Part shown: positions 41,591 through 55,300 of the stretch, one piece after another
Position numbering within the stretch: position 1 is the stretch's first letter
Layout of the letters: every line of letters begins with the position of its first letter
Assembly (NCBI GenBank): GCA_050575255.1
Contig: JBNZDD010013686.1
Location: 2,609,155 to 2,673,154 of the forward strand
DNA: 64,000 nt
Direction of reading: 5' to 3'
Origin: Harriotta raleighana
Lineage: Eukaryota
Notes under the pieces: model-generated
What the model saw: the letters and a program-made list of their open reading frames with translations, nothing else
What the model was told of the DNA's origin: nothing
Database searches by the model: none
Made by a program: the position numbers and the translations under genes

Positions 41591-43305
41591 ACTTCAAAAG
41601 CTTAATTGATATAGTTAAAGTGGACAGAGTTTTCTTAAATTACTGCTGCATATAAAATCAAGGAAGACTAACGCTAAAAAGAAAAACAACTGATGCATTC
41701 ATGACAAAGATTTAATTATATATTATTGATCTTTTATATTTTCTATGGATTTACTGTAGTTTGTCTAAGTGTCAGAAACCATAAACTGTGGCCAGAGGAG
41801 CAGGTAATAAATGACGATCTGAGCTCAAGTCACAGAGAGCAAGAAAGAAACGGACAAATAGGATATCATTAGTGACTCAGTCTCAGTGTAAATTATGAAA
41901 ACTTTTAAAGTATTCTTTTGTGGTTGGTTAAAAATTAAATGTAAATTAAGGAGAGACTACCCTGGACTCTTCCCAACTTCCCTCCCGCTAATTTCCCAAC
42001 CAACACTGATTACCCACAAGGATCCTAATTACATTTCACCCACAAAACATCCAGTCAATTCATTTTATAGTATATTCTATGAAGCGCTTTGAGAAGTTGT
42101 GAAATGTGCTATATCAATTGCAAGGATTATTATTATCTGGGTTTTTCCAAAAGTTGGAAAGTAAATTGATTTCTGTTTCAGTGATGGGTAGTTTGAAAAT
42201 GTTAATTAGAAAATTGTTAGCATAGAGTACAAGATGAGCCACAAGCTTTTAACTATGAAAGCTGTTGGGTTGTCTTTTTTAAACACAAAGGAAATGAGTA
42301 GATGTACAGTGTGAGACAGAACACAGGTGATGGGATATGTGATAAGATATACAAGTGATCCAAAAGACATGATATGGGAAGGGAAAATAGTTTGGGGTGC
42401 AGGCATGACAAGAAACCAAGGTTGGAGAACCTATCGAGTACAGGGTGTTTCCAACACTTTCCTTCAGGGGATAGAATGAGTGGAGTGAAGACAATAAAAG
42501 CTTTACAGGCCAAACAGATGTTCTTTCATCCTATGTTTTCTAATGCCATTACATAAAAATTTAGTGCAAGAGGGGCATGAACATTGACAATCATCCAATC
42601 TTTTGTGCAGAGAAATGGAAGTATGAAAACATACTAACGTACTAAATACTTCCATAAGAAGTTTTATGACATAATTACAAATAAAAATTAGCAATGAAAA
42701 TATCCAAAGGGCCAACATAATTTACAATTAAAAAGGTTGAACGTTCATGTATTGATTTAAATATGTTTGTATGTTAACACAACGATAAAAATATGGATTA
42801 TGTAAACATTATATCCTTAGTTTTAGGATCCACACATTCAATAATCACAAAATGAAGAGTTTTCTCAGTACAGTATTATGTTATCCTCTGAGCTGGGTAC
42901 ATTAACATTTCAGTCAAGGAAAATAGACCCATTCAACTGGGTGTCCATAAATGGGTACCTTTTGTACCCGATGGCTGTAAAAGATTCACTTTCTGAATCG
43001 TATTGTTGCATCTCTCTACGTCTTTGACTTCTATGAGGTACAAGTCAGGTGTCTTCATTATCTTGTGGAGCAACTGCCCGAATTAAAGGCTTCCTCTTCC
43101 TTTATTTATGACCTTGGATTGTATTTGATTTTCTCACACTGACTGGCGTGAAGCACAGATGGAGAAAACATCCAGTCTGATGATCCTCTAACAAAAGAGG
43201 AAGACTAAAAATAGAATTTTTTTCGCAGAAAGAAATAGCGTTGCCGTATACAAAATGTATTAGGCCCCATCTTCCTGAATACTTGCACTGTGAATACTCA
43301 CACTG

Positions 43306-43349
43306 TCAAGGGGATGAACTGACTTTCCTTATTTTGTGGAAGTCCAACC
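43306..43349 (-). CDS. MCF2: Candidate last coding exon of MCF2 (GLDFHKIRKVSSSP*)
   Basis: ttttcag acceptor, phase 1, TGA, GTGAGT donor 4 nt after the stop. Confidence 0.55.
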
Positions 43350-46300
43350 CTGAAAATCAAAACGCAAGATTATATTTTTCTAACTTAACACCATGACCAT
43401 TTCCTCATCAAAATTCTCAAACAAAAGACTGTCAAGATAAAGGCACAGTTTGCAATTACGTAATAAAATGTACAAGTCAGCAGGGTGGGGATTTGGTCAG
43501 GATGAGATCAAATGAGCCAAAGGGCCTACTGTACTTTGTCCAACTCTCTCATGATTCTTGTACAGTTTCTAGTATAGTTCAAATCACATTAGTCCATACC
43601 AGTCTCTGGATTGAAAAGTTTTCAATAAAATTAAAAATAACACATTTCCTTCCCACGAATTACAACCTTCAAACAGAAAATTGTTTTTCTAGATCATGGA
43701 AACTGGCCAACCGGTATGTAACATTTCAAATCCTGTACTTAAAAGGTTCTGAAGCTTTCTCTCGCTTTAAAAAAAATGGTATGAAGGTTTCACAAATCTA
43801 TTCATAAATGGAATTTATGATTTCCACAAATCTGTCAGGATCTCAGTCGGTGATCATGTTATGTCATGCGGTTGCTCAAACTGCAGAGTTTCTACGAAAA
43901 GAAACAAAAACAGGAAACTGCAAGTACAGTACAATGCTAAGATTGTGAGAAGCACTGATTAACTGGCCAGGCTACTAACTCTGCGTGTTGTGAAATGATG
44001 TAACTGCTATATTTGCATTCATGCAATTGTACGACCCAGATTAAAGCCTGTCATTCCTCTACAGCAAGTTTGTGAAAAGGGGGTGGGGGCAGGGAGGAAC
44101 AGGGAGATAGATAAATTGTTCCCCACCAAGAGACAGGTGGAACCAAGATGTCACCCTACCCTAAAGCACTCCAAAACCACCTCAAATAGGTAAAGAACAG
44201 GGATTTTTAAAAATTACTTTCTGATGAAATGTTACACCTGAGAATATACTCCACCTGCTCTACTTTCAGCTACAAATAAGGCCACTTCCTGTTTCTAGAC
44301 TTGTCTGCTCCAATTTTTTAAAATCACATCTCGGCGTTTTACTTTCCTGCGTGGGAATCAGTTTTTCTTTGAAATACAAAGTGCTATTGCGTATGTGAAA
44401 ATTCAGTCCAAGGTCAAAGTACAAAATTGCAAGACAACAGCTCTCTCTCTCTCTGTCTCTCTCCTTACCCGAAGAGCCAGGGCCTTGAGATTTACAGTCA
44501 CCAACAATAATCTGTAAATTGTGGACCGAAATCCAGGCTTGCTGTCCTCGGTTCAGGTTTTTCATAAACCTTTGAACATTGCAAAGTACATGTCATTTTT
44601 TGATTTGTTCCATTGAGCTGTATTTAAGTGTGAAATAAATTTCAGTAAAGTTATAAATGTTTATTTTCATCATAGCATTATCCATAGTGATTCAAACTTT
44701 TCTGGTTTGCATGACATACAATAGCTTGCCTCACTTTTTTGCATCCTGCTTGCCTTTCTAAATACATTGCTGTTATTTATACCTCCTTCTTGATTAATAT
44801 CTGGATTGCAGCAGCTTTCTCTAAGGCTGCAATACCACACTGCAGTGGGTCAATAAAAGGTCATTTTGTGATCATTGAAGCGATTCCTATAATGCTTTTC
44901 ACCAGGTCGAAGGAATAATTTTTCCAGTTCCCTGCCAAATGCCAGTAAAAGGAAAAAAGGGCATGCTGCTAGTGAATACTATTATCAAGAAAACTGAAAC
45001 TCACTTTCTCCTATTAGAATTATTGTGGAGTCCTATAGTTCAGTGGTACAAGTGAGAGACCTGAGTTCAATTCCAGGCAGTTTTCTTGAGCAAGTTTCCT
45101 TACTCCACACACCCAATAATAATCCTTCAAAAAAAATTGGTCATTTCAATCCACAACTATTTGTGGGACACTGCTGTGCAGTGTGGCTGCACATTTTGCC
45201 CACATATATACAGTCAATTCATTTTAAAGTATATTTTCTGAAGCATTTTGAGATGTCTAGAAGACATGAGAAGCGCTATATCAAATGCAAGGATTATTTT
45301 TATCTATATGGATAATACTGTATTATCTATATGGATATTTCAAATCAAAATGAGCTAAGATGTTTTACAAGTTGTAACATTTTTTACAAATGTAATTTTG
45401 TGGTGTGTATAGAAGAGAAAAGTTGCGCCATAAACACTGGCAAGATGCTCAAATCCAAAATTATAATCTGAATTGTATGATTTGTACTGTGATTTATTAA
45501 ATTCAAACTACGCATTTATTCTACGTCCTGTAGTTAGTTAGAAAATGAACTGTTTTAAAAAAAAAATTCAATCTTTAATTCATTTAACTGACAAGCTGGA
45601 GGAAGTCCTGCCTATATGTTACATATTACACATGTCACAATCAAGGCTGTTGCACAATTTCTGAGGTTATTCTCTCTCTATCCTATTCTAAACCCTTTTT
45701 ACAAAGCCTCTCCATATCTTGTAACCCCATTACTTCCCAAGTACTTACTTATCTTTATCTTAAACATCTCAGTTCTGCACCCAGGGTCTTCTAGGCTACA
45801 GCATTCCATATTCTCATATGCCTTTCCTAGGTACATTTGTATGTTATTTAGCTCTAGTTTTAACATTCTGTTTCTGAATCTGCCAGCCAAACTTACCATT
45901 GCCCCTCACCATCTTCATTCACCAACTGCACCAGGTCCCCACTTTTTCTTAACAGTTCTTCAGAATCTCCTTTTTTAGAGTCTGACTGAGCCTTGTACTT
46001 TCCAGGGGACTATAAGCAAAAAGAGAATGACTCACAAATAGAGAATTTTTGTTTTTAAAAAAAATTCCATTTGTAAAGTGTTGTAAATGGAAACATACAA
46101 TTGGCTGCAGATTTACTGAAACAATACAAACTTTAGCATCATTTATGATTTCTATCCAGAATTATATTGCTTTGTTACTCTTTAGAATACTTGATCCAAG
46201 TATAATATTTAATTGAAATTTCTGTTCAAAGCTTGAAATGTTCTTAAGATCCCCAATGTTTATACATTCTTCAAACTTCGTTGACACATTTCTGTAGTCT

Positions 46301-49300
46301 TAACTACTTGAGTACAAAAGCTACCATTTCTGTAAGTATTTTTGAGGGGGTTTTATTGCATGTAAATTGAATTGCTGAGGAGACTCAGAGAGGTAGAACA
46401 AATATTTTCAAACTGGCTAATTTTACTTACAGCTTTAAAAAACCCTAATCACCCATCAGGGAGCTAAGAAAAATCATTAAATGAGTGAAAAAAACAGTAG
46501 AATCATAGATTCTATGATTCTACTGTTTTTCTTCAAAGAATCATAGAATTTTATGGCACAAAAGGAGACTATTCGGCCGATCTAATCTGTGCCGGCTCTT
46601 TGAAAAGAGCAACTCAATCCCGCTGCCCATCTTTCTCCCCATAACCTAACAGACCCCTTCTCCCTAAATAAAGAACAGACCCGTTCTCCCTAAAATTCTC
46701 TTTTAAAAGCGGTTATCGAATCGGCCTCCACCACCTTTTCAGGTTTTTAAGTTTTTCTCCCACCTCCCCCAAAGTGTAATGCTACTAAGATTGCATTAAT
46801 GGGTGCTATTTCTAAGATGTAATTGTAAGTAATGTCAGTCGATTTAGTGTTGATGAAACCTCCTGCAACAACCAATGACATTAACCCAGGACTAATGAGA
46901 ACCCCCTCTTAGGAAGCTCTCCAGTCTCTGGATCCCGATAATATAATCGTGGTGAATACAATTATGGAATGTGAAACTATCTATGGAGAAAGTTGTAACA
47001 CACAAGTGAAGAATGCATCAATTATCATTTTGGAGACTATCATGAACAATACCAGCACATTCCTTGTAGTGGAGGGTATCTATTCCCAGGCATGTCAACA
47101 AGCTGTAAAGGACGTTGATGCTGTCTGAAAGATTTGGAGGAACTGGCAGGAGTTTCAAAAGAAGGAGCGAAGGTTGAAGAAAAGTATGAAGGTAAAGTAT
47201 TAACCTCAGACCACAGGACATGCATTCATACTAAAGATATTAGAACCCGGAAATGATAGACCGAGGAGAGCTATGCTGTAAATAATATGGCAAGCAAGAT
47301 TAAATATGAAAAGAGCAAATGGGAATCTTCATGAATTTATATGATAAGAGAATTAATGTCCTACAGGAGAGATCATTGGGCTGAAGCGATGCATTTCATT
47401 CCCTATCTCTACCAAAGGTGGAACTAATACATGATAGGTCACAGTAGGAAACATAACCTGAACTCCAGCTATGAAACATATCGAGCATATCAAGTCGCTC
47501 TAGTAGCTGTATTCAAAGTATAGTACTTGGAGGAGATATTTAGACTAAGAAGTAAATGTACGTTTAATTAATTGGATCCGGGTGTGAATCGATCACTGAC
47601 CAGCTGATTCACGTCTTCCTCTTCAGTGTCATTATTACTGGACAAGTCATCGTTTCCCTCGGAGGCTTCAGTAAAACGCGATGTTCCAGCCCAGTCTGTG
47701 CAAGCAGGAACAAACCAGAATGAAATTCATAGAAATGAAAAAGGGAATCAGAAAATACTGCAAATAAGCAATCTGAAAGTGAATGCCTAATTAAAGAACC
47801 GGATTGAGTCCCTCTTTGGAACAGATCAAGGGGCGATTGTTTTAGGAGATTAATAATCTTTGCATTTTGATTTAGTGCCTCTAAATACTCCGAGATGCTA
47901 CTCCATGTGAATAGTGCTATACAAATGCAAGTTGTTGCTTGTTTCACCCCCGGTAAGACATCTCAAAGCGGGATGTGGGATGCACATGTGACTGTGAATT
48001 GCCGAGGTGATGGGTAATTTAATAGCACTTGCCCGCCCTTTCTAGTGAAGCACAATAATCACTGGCCCTCCCAATATTGCCCACATCTCGAGAAAAACTA
48101 GATTTATCTTCCTGCTCATTTTCTAGTAATAGTTCTAGATAAAATGAAAATGTATTTCAGCTGAACATCAAAACTCTAGGATTATTAAGAATGGGGCTGA
48201 AAGGGTTAAAAACTGCTGAATATTTAAACTATAGCATGCATTGCATTTGATTTAGAGCTTTTTGCGTCTTCTAGACGTCTCAAAACGCTTTACAGAATAT
48301 ACTGTAAAGTGAATTAACTGTATACTTGTGGGCTAAACGCGGCAGCCAATCGCACACCAGTGTCCCACAAACAGTCGTGGATTGAGTGACCAATTTATTA
48401 TTGTTTTTTTAAAGGTATTATTATCAGGCAATGTGGAGGAAGGAAACTTTCCCACGGTTTCGCCCTGCCTGGAATCAAACCCAGGTGTCTCGCTTGCAAG
48501 GCAAGTGTTCTAGCCATTGAGCTATAGGACTCCATAAAATCTTCATGAAAACTTTACGTGTAACATGGCTTGGGTGGATATTGTATCAATGCATTGCTGA
48601 ATATTTCTTCTCTAAAAATAGTTCTGTTAAATTTTAAGAACAAAAGCTTTAGAGATGCAGCTCCCAGCAGCCACTAAACTTTATCCTGGCAGTCAACCCA
48701 GGCAGGAAGACTGAGTGGAGATTTTCAGAACAAGCTGTTCTTGACAGTGACAGGAATGCAGCCTGGTTAGAACGCCCCAAAACCATAACGCCTATGCAAA
48801 TACAAGCACAGTAATTGTTTGGAAATAAAAGAAAACATGACATTCTGATTGTGCTAAATTCCAACCTAAAGATAATAAGGTGATTTAAGAGCAGCTCTAG
48901 AAACTTGTTGGAATGCAATACCTTTTCGTGGTGAAAGATTTGGTGAAAAAACTATGTTTTCTAAAACCACTGGACTTGGAAGATCGGAGTCATTTTCCTC
49001 TGAACTCAAAGAGGCCCTCTTTTGCTTTCTGTAGAAAATCAATTATATATTTTTTTTAAAGTACAATTAGATGGGTCAGAAAGGAATATATGAGTTTGTA
49101 AATTTATACTTGGAAACAATTTCGACTTTGGACACCGCACATTTTCTTTTTCTCTCTCTCACACTGTCTCTCTCAAACAGAGCATGCAAACCTAATGTAA
49201 TATTGATTAGATTTGTCTCATTGCTTTGCAAGGCAAACACTGCAACTGGCATTTGATTTTTGTGGACTGTTTAAGACTTACCCTGGAGACAGCAAAATCT

Positions 49301-52300
49301 GATCTGAAACCTGATGATGCAGCGGGCTGTCTTCTGTAAATGAGATATTGTCAAGAGATTACTAAGCAGTGGAATAATTATATTATACATTCGGCTTATA
49401 CATTCCCAAATTAATCTGTGTCCCAGACTTCAGGTTCAGTAAAATTGTAATTACTCTATGAGAGGGGAAAAAAAAGTTCAACTATTCTAACAGAGCCCTT
49501 GTTTTAGATCTAAAACTAGAATTCAGGATGCTTGGTTCTTTAGGTAGTTTTGTAGACACTGAGGGACTGTTTCCCCTGGTAGGAGAATCTATAACCAGGA
49601 GTCACAGTCTTAAAATTAAGGGTCAGCCTTTTAGAACAAAGTTGAGGAAACATTTCTTCACTCAGAGGGTAGTGAATTTATGGAATTCACTACCCCAGAA
49701 GATGCTCAGTCCTTGAACATTTTCAAGGCTGAGACTGATAGATTTTTTTAAAATAAAGGGATTAGGGGATACAGGGGTAGGGCAGGTAATTAGAGTTAGG
49801 TCAGAAGATCAGGCATGATCTTATTGAATGGCAGGGCTGTCTTGAAGGGCCGAATCAATCAATCAAGAATGGACTACTCCTATTCCTAATTTTTATCTTC
49901 TTATGTTTCTCATTGTTTCAGAGGTCCACCAATTATACTGTATAAGCAAAAGGACATGTGCCAGCAGATCCTTTTAAATTCCATTCCCTGCAGTCTAATG
50001 GTCACTGACACCTCCCTTTGACTGTCTAATCAAGACTGACAATTCACCATTCTGCAAATCAGGAACCACGACACTATTCTGCAACATGATTATTCTTCTG
50101 ATTATGATACCGTGATTTAGAGACACTAATCCAGCAAACAGTTTTCAACAACATAAATACAGGTACACAAGATAGGAATGCACCTCTGGAGGATTTCTCC
50201 TGACTTGTGAGAACCTTTCTTATTTCATTCAACCACGCCAATTTAACATCTACTGTTGGAGCCTAAGAAAAGGGGAGGAAAGAAAGGCATTTAGACTAAA
50301 TTAACTTATTATTGTCGCAGCAATAAGTAAGCAACAAACATTTTAATTGTTTTGTGGATATTTTTCTAAATACATCTTTCCATGAAATTTTCTGCTCAAA
50401 TGTGAAGATTCAAATGTTGGGAAGCATAATTGTTTACTTTATCAATATCTGTATGATTTGTTCTCAGATCACAATCAGATGCACAGTAAAGTTCTCTATG
50501 TTCTTATTTATTTTATCTCCAAATTACGTAAAAGTGAATCTAGAAGAATATGTAAATACAAGGCTCCTTCAAATACATGTTTTTAATTCTGAATGATGGT
50601 GACTTACTTGGATGAGATAAACTTCTTCTCGTCCACTATACCAAACTTCAAACTTTTTAATATCTCCTTTAACATTCTCAGTTATTCCAACAGCACTCAT
50701 CTATCAAATAAAATACATCAAACAGTTATGTTCTTCAGCCATCTGGTTCACTGTTAAGTTAGAAATCACATTGTTCTGCACAGAAATATTGAACTATCTT
50801 TGAATGCACATAGTATCACAAAGAAGCAAAACTTCCCCAAATGTCTATAGTATTAACTATACTACCATACTTAATGATCTCAATTATATCTTACAGCATC
50901 TGTTTCAAGTCATTTCTCCTCTCCATACCCTGTCTATGTCTCAAATTGATTTCTAACCCACAGGACAACTAATTTATACTGTAGCTTTAACTGATATTCA
51001 AATTGAGGGATGGATGACGTTTTCAGATGGTTTAAAAATCCAACCCAAAATATGTCGTCTGTAGAGAAAGGAAATCCTGACTGGATATAACCCCACCCAC
51101 ACAACTATCCTTGCCAACAGGAAATCTCCAAGGGACAGTGGCAGCAATTGCACAAAAGCTCAGACTCTGCTCCGTTCTATATTCAAAAATGGAACTTGAG
51201 AGACTGTTGTATGAAACCCAAACAGGAGAAATAGTACAAATATAAACTAATGCTGCAAATAAAAGCAAAATTGGAAATGCTCAGATCATCTGTCTTACTT
51301 TTAAGTAATGCTTGAAACTATAAGAAGGTGCTTTATCATAACCTTCTCCATGTTCTTCCCGCTTCTTACAAAACAAAAGCGCTCTTTCATGGAGGAAAAG
51401 ATGACGGTGCATAGGCTTGAATCGTGCAAGATCTTTCATTTTTGTGGGACCTTTCTTATGATTTATCCACACGTTAAAGGAACCTTGCATCAAAACTCTG
51501 CCAAAGTCTTCCAGGTTACCCTGGAAATCATAAGGAGAATCGACAAATTATTCCATGTTGATTACTAATCGTCTATTTATGCTACACCAATACAACATTG
51601 ACATCAGTTTTCCAGAATTCCTAAACTTTCCAATCATTAACAGTTAGTTCTGTATGCCTTCTAATTTTCTGGGTTTGCAATAAGCTGTTTGTCACCGGAA
51701 TAAACATGTCTCATGAATTAATCAATAAAAATCATAAATGAGTGTTAAAGGTGCAGGTGTAGATCCACTGCCAAAAAAAAGCTACTTACATTATATCCGG
51801 TTATAGCAATCTGGTGCATAGAGTCATTCACACACTTTAATAAGTTCAACATGGCTTCTAGTGCTTCCTGCAGATCTTGTATTCCATCACCATTGTTACA
51901 GAATTTCAGCAATTCCTGTCAAAGTGTACAACAACTTTCAATTTATTCATATTATTAAATTATGTACCGCACTAGAATCTACAATCAAAATAATACAAAA
52001 ATAGCTTTGTCTATCTGGGCTGTGACGCTGTCCTTTCACCCAGGGACAGTTGGCTTCAATGCAGACCTGGTTAATAGGTTGAAGCCTTTCCTCTCCTAAT
52101 CTGAAATGTGGCTGTGCAATTTTAACCAATTTCCCAATTAGTGTGTGTGGGCGAACAGCACAATATGGCCTACAGTTCAGCACTAATTGGGCGTTGGATA
52201 CTGGCACTAGGCCCTCTAGGTAAAAACAAACGTCTTTCCTTACAATAGATCCTACGTCATGAGGTGCATAAAATTATAGGAGGTTTGGCAGCCTAGGAAA

Positions 52301-55300
52301 ACTGCAGGTTTACAATGATTTACTCAATAGCTTTAATCTAAATGGACTCATTCTTGATGGAAGCCCATGCTTTTAAAAAAAAATATCCTGGTACCAAATT
52401 GAATCAGCATTCATGCATTTTATCTTCCACACATCATCTCCTGCTCCCTCAGGGCTTTGCTCAGTGAAAACCAAAACAAGTCATCAATCAATGCAACAGC
52501 CAATAATATTGATTCAGATAAAAATGCTGAGGCGAAACAAATGAATTACACACAGGGCATATTCCTCATGAGGATTACTTAAATAGTATTAATTCATACA
52601 CTGTTTGTAATAGGCCTTTTAGAACTATTCATTTTATCTTGTCATCTGATGTAGCCAGAGCAACACACATGAGGTTTGCTGTATGTGCTGGAATATTTAG
52701 ATTGCAAATTGTTAGAGGTATCACGAACTACAACATATCTGTAAATATTGGAATATTGGCTTTTTTCATTTTCGTCACCTACATCTTCAGTGATTTTATA
52801 GTCTTAACTTTTGAACATTCTTAAGTTGTGTGTCATGATGTTCAGATATCACATGGTTAGGTTATGGCTTCGTAATTTTGTTGTGCCGTTGTAACTTGTC
52901 CTTAACATACCTTCAGTAAGAGCTGATATTTTGTTAGCCTTTGAATTGGTTTTAATAAATACGAGTCCAATCCAAGTTTGTGGTCCAATTTCCGTTGACA
53001 TTCCTGGTGATAAAAGCAAAGGTTATAAATAACAATGTAGATGGACCAGATTGCACTGGCTCTTGATTTTACTTTCTGAAAATAATTTGTGGTTTTGTAA
53101 ACATTCATACTGACATTTCAATTCCGAAAGTGACGCAAGATGAATATAAATTCTGTGGAGTTGTGCCGAAAGCAGAAATGACTAATCTGATTAGTTAATA
53201 TGCTTCAGTAAATATAAATGTTATGCAATGTTGTTATCTTGATTTAGCAGATATCCAAATGCTTGAAGAATTTAGGCAGCAGGTTTTTTTTTGTAAATTA
53301 ATAATTTAAAAAAAATAACAATAGTAATAATGCAATTTCTTTGCAATTCCTTGTGAATACTGTAGTCACTTAGTTAGAAGTGGGAGGAAGCTCCCTCACA
53401 CAGTCAGGCTCACTCAGACTCAAAAATGTCTTCAATATTGTGGCACTCACTGGATAGAACCAAATTGTTCAATATAACAAACAATGGAAGGGCAGAGGAA
53501 CAAGACAGATTTTAATCAGTGCTCTTTGTAGTTATGCAATTTCAGAAGGTAGTTTTAACAAAAACACCCATTTCAACTATACAGAGCACATATAGGTTGA
53601 GAAGTTGTAACATTTGCATTATGCCACATTTCCTCATTATGTGATGAGCTTCATGTATAAAGTTAGAACAAAGGTCAACGCAATTATGTACTGAACATTT
53701 CAGACAACAACAGGCAATGTTTTTTTTTAAGTGTGTGCCATATTGGGAACCCAGCAGCACGCTTAACAGTATATGGACCACACTCAAAATTGCACATAGA
53801 TTCATAGATGTTTACGGCACAAAAGGAGGCCATTCGGCCCATCTAGTCTGTGCCGGCTCTTTGCCTAGATTTGCTACTTACACATGGAAATTTCCCTATG
53901 TCTAGAATACAATGGAATAATTCCAGAAAGTTTTAGACACAGTTTGTCAAGATCCACGATTTGGGGATCACAAAGTTTATGTTGGGGTGCTGCTAGAGTT
54001 TAACCAGCAGACACTGCATAGCTTGCCATTCAGAGCACTATCTGGCATGCTTTTTTTCATCATTAGTAAATAATTAAAAATCTATTACCTGAAAGAAAAA
54101 AGAATCGGAACACTGTCTCCAAAGGGCTTCCGAACGAGGTTTATTCTGACAATACTTCACGTACATTTGAAAATTTGCTTTCTGAAAAGAGTTAAAAAAA
54201 AGTGCATAAGCCAGAACAATTTTTTTTTTTAAATCTAAACGTAAATACTGTCATCTATTTTGCAACATGAGGATTACATACCCTTGCAAGAAAGCACAGA
54301 CCCACTTTTTCTGGTGTTTCGATGCAGTTTTGAAGATCATGAAGAAACATTCTGATATTAAAATATTAAAGATATTAAACATTTCACAATACAATACAAA
54401 ACTACATTTGTAAATCGCCTTTTGTGTAAGGAGGACATCCCAATGTACTGAACAGTCAGGGATTGATGTAAAACATATTTGGCAGATATGATACCTACAA
54501 CAGAAATATGCATAATGTTGTACCTGCTATGAAAATCATGGATTTCAGACATATTGCCAAAGAGTATATCTTTCTTGTTCTGCAGTACTGAAGGCAAAAG
54601 ATGTAACATGCTAGGGTTGTCCATTTCCACTCGATAACCCTGCAGGACACAGACACATATTGGAATCCATTGTACAACAATAGCAACATCCAACTGTTAG
54701 TCACAGCATCTGTCAGATCTATATTAATGTTTAATAAAGTACGTTTGTGGAACAGAAAAGGCCTGACGCAAATATCAACTACAAATTATTCAGAGTTTTT
54801 TTATATCAAATATTTGTCTGCCTTATTCTGGTGGTCAATACAGCAAATAGCTTATTATAATTATTTGTCATCCATTTAAAGCAATAAAGGCCCAAACTAA
54901 AGGTCTGCGTACAGGCGCTTTGATTTGTCATTACTTCAACATGACTATAATAATAATCTTCATCATTGATTTAATTGAATGGAATTAAAAACATTCAAAT
55001 GGCAGTTTGAGGCTTGCAAAGCTTCAAAATGACTAAATGGAGCCCATTCTATTGAATGCAGGTTTCAACCCTTCTTCATCCAAACAGCTTACATACTATG
55101 GTCATTTGATGTAGAAAAAGAATAGGAAAAGTATGCTGATCTTCACAATACTAATGGTTATGTTACCTGCAGAATAGTGTGGAGCTCCTCCACATACACT
55201 CGCTCTGTTTCTATTAGCTCATTTATGACATGCCTGTTAAATCAATAACAAATTAGTATTAAATGGCATCAGACTCACAATGGTACCAATAGATTAAACA

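Noticed and set aside
47040-47205. Possible SH3-less alternative terminal exon of MCF2 (VNTLPSYF...GMCWYCS*)
   Set aside because: Phase fits, but the acceptor (GAG, poor pyrimidine tract) is weak and no homology was recognised.
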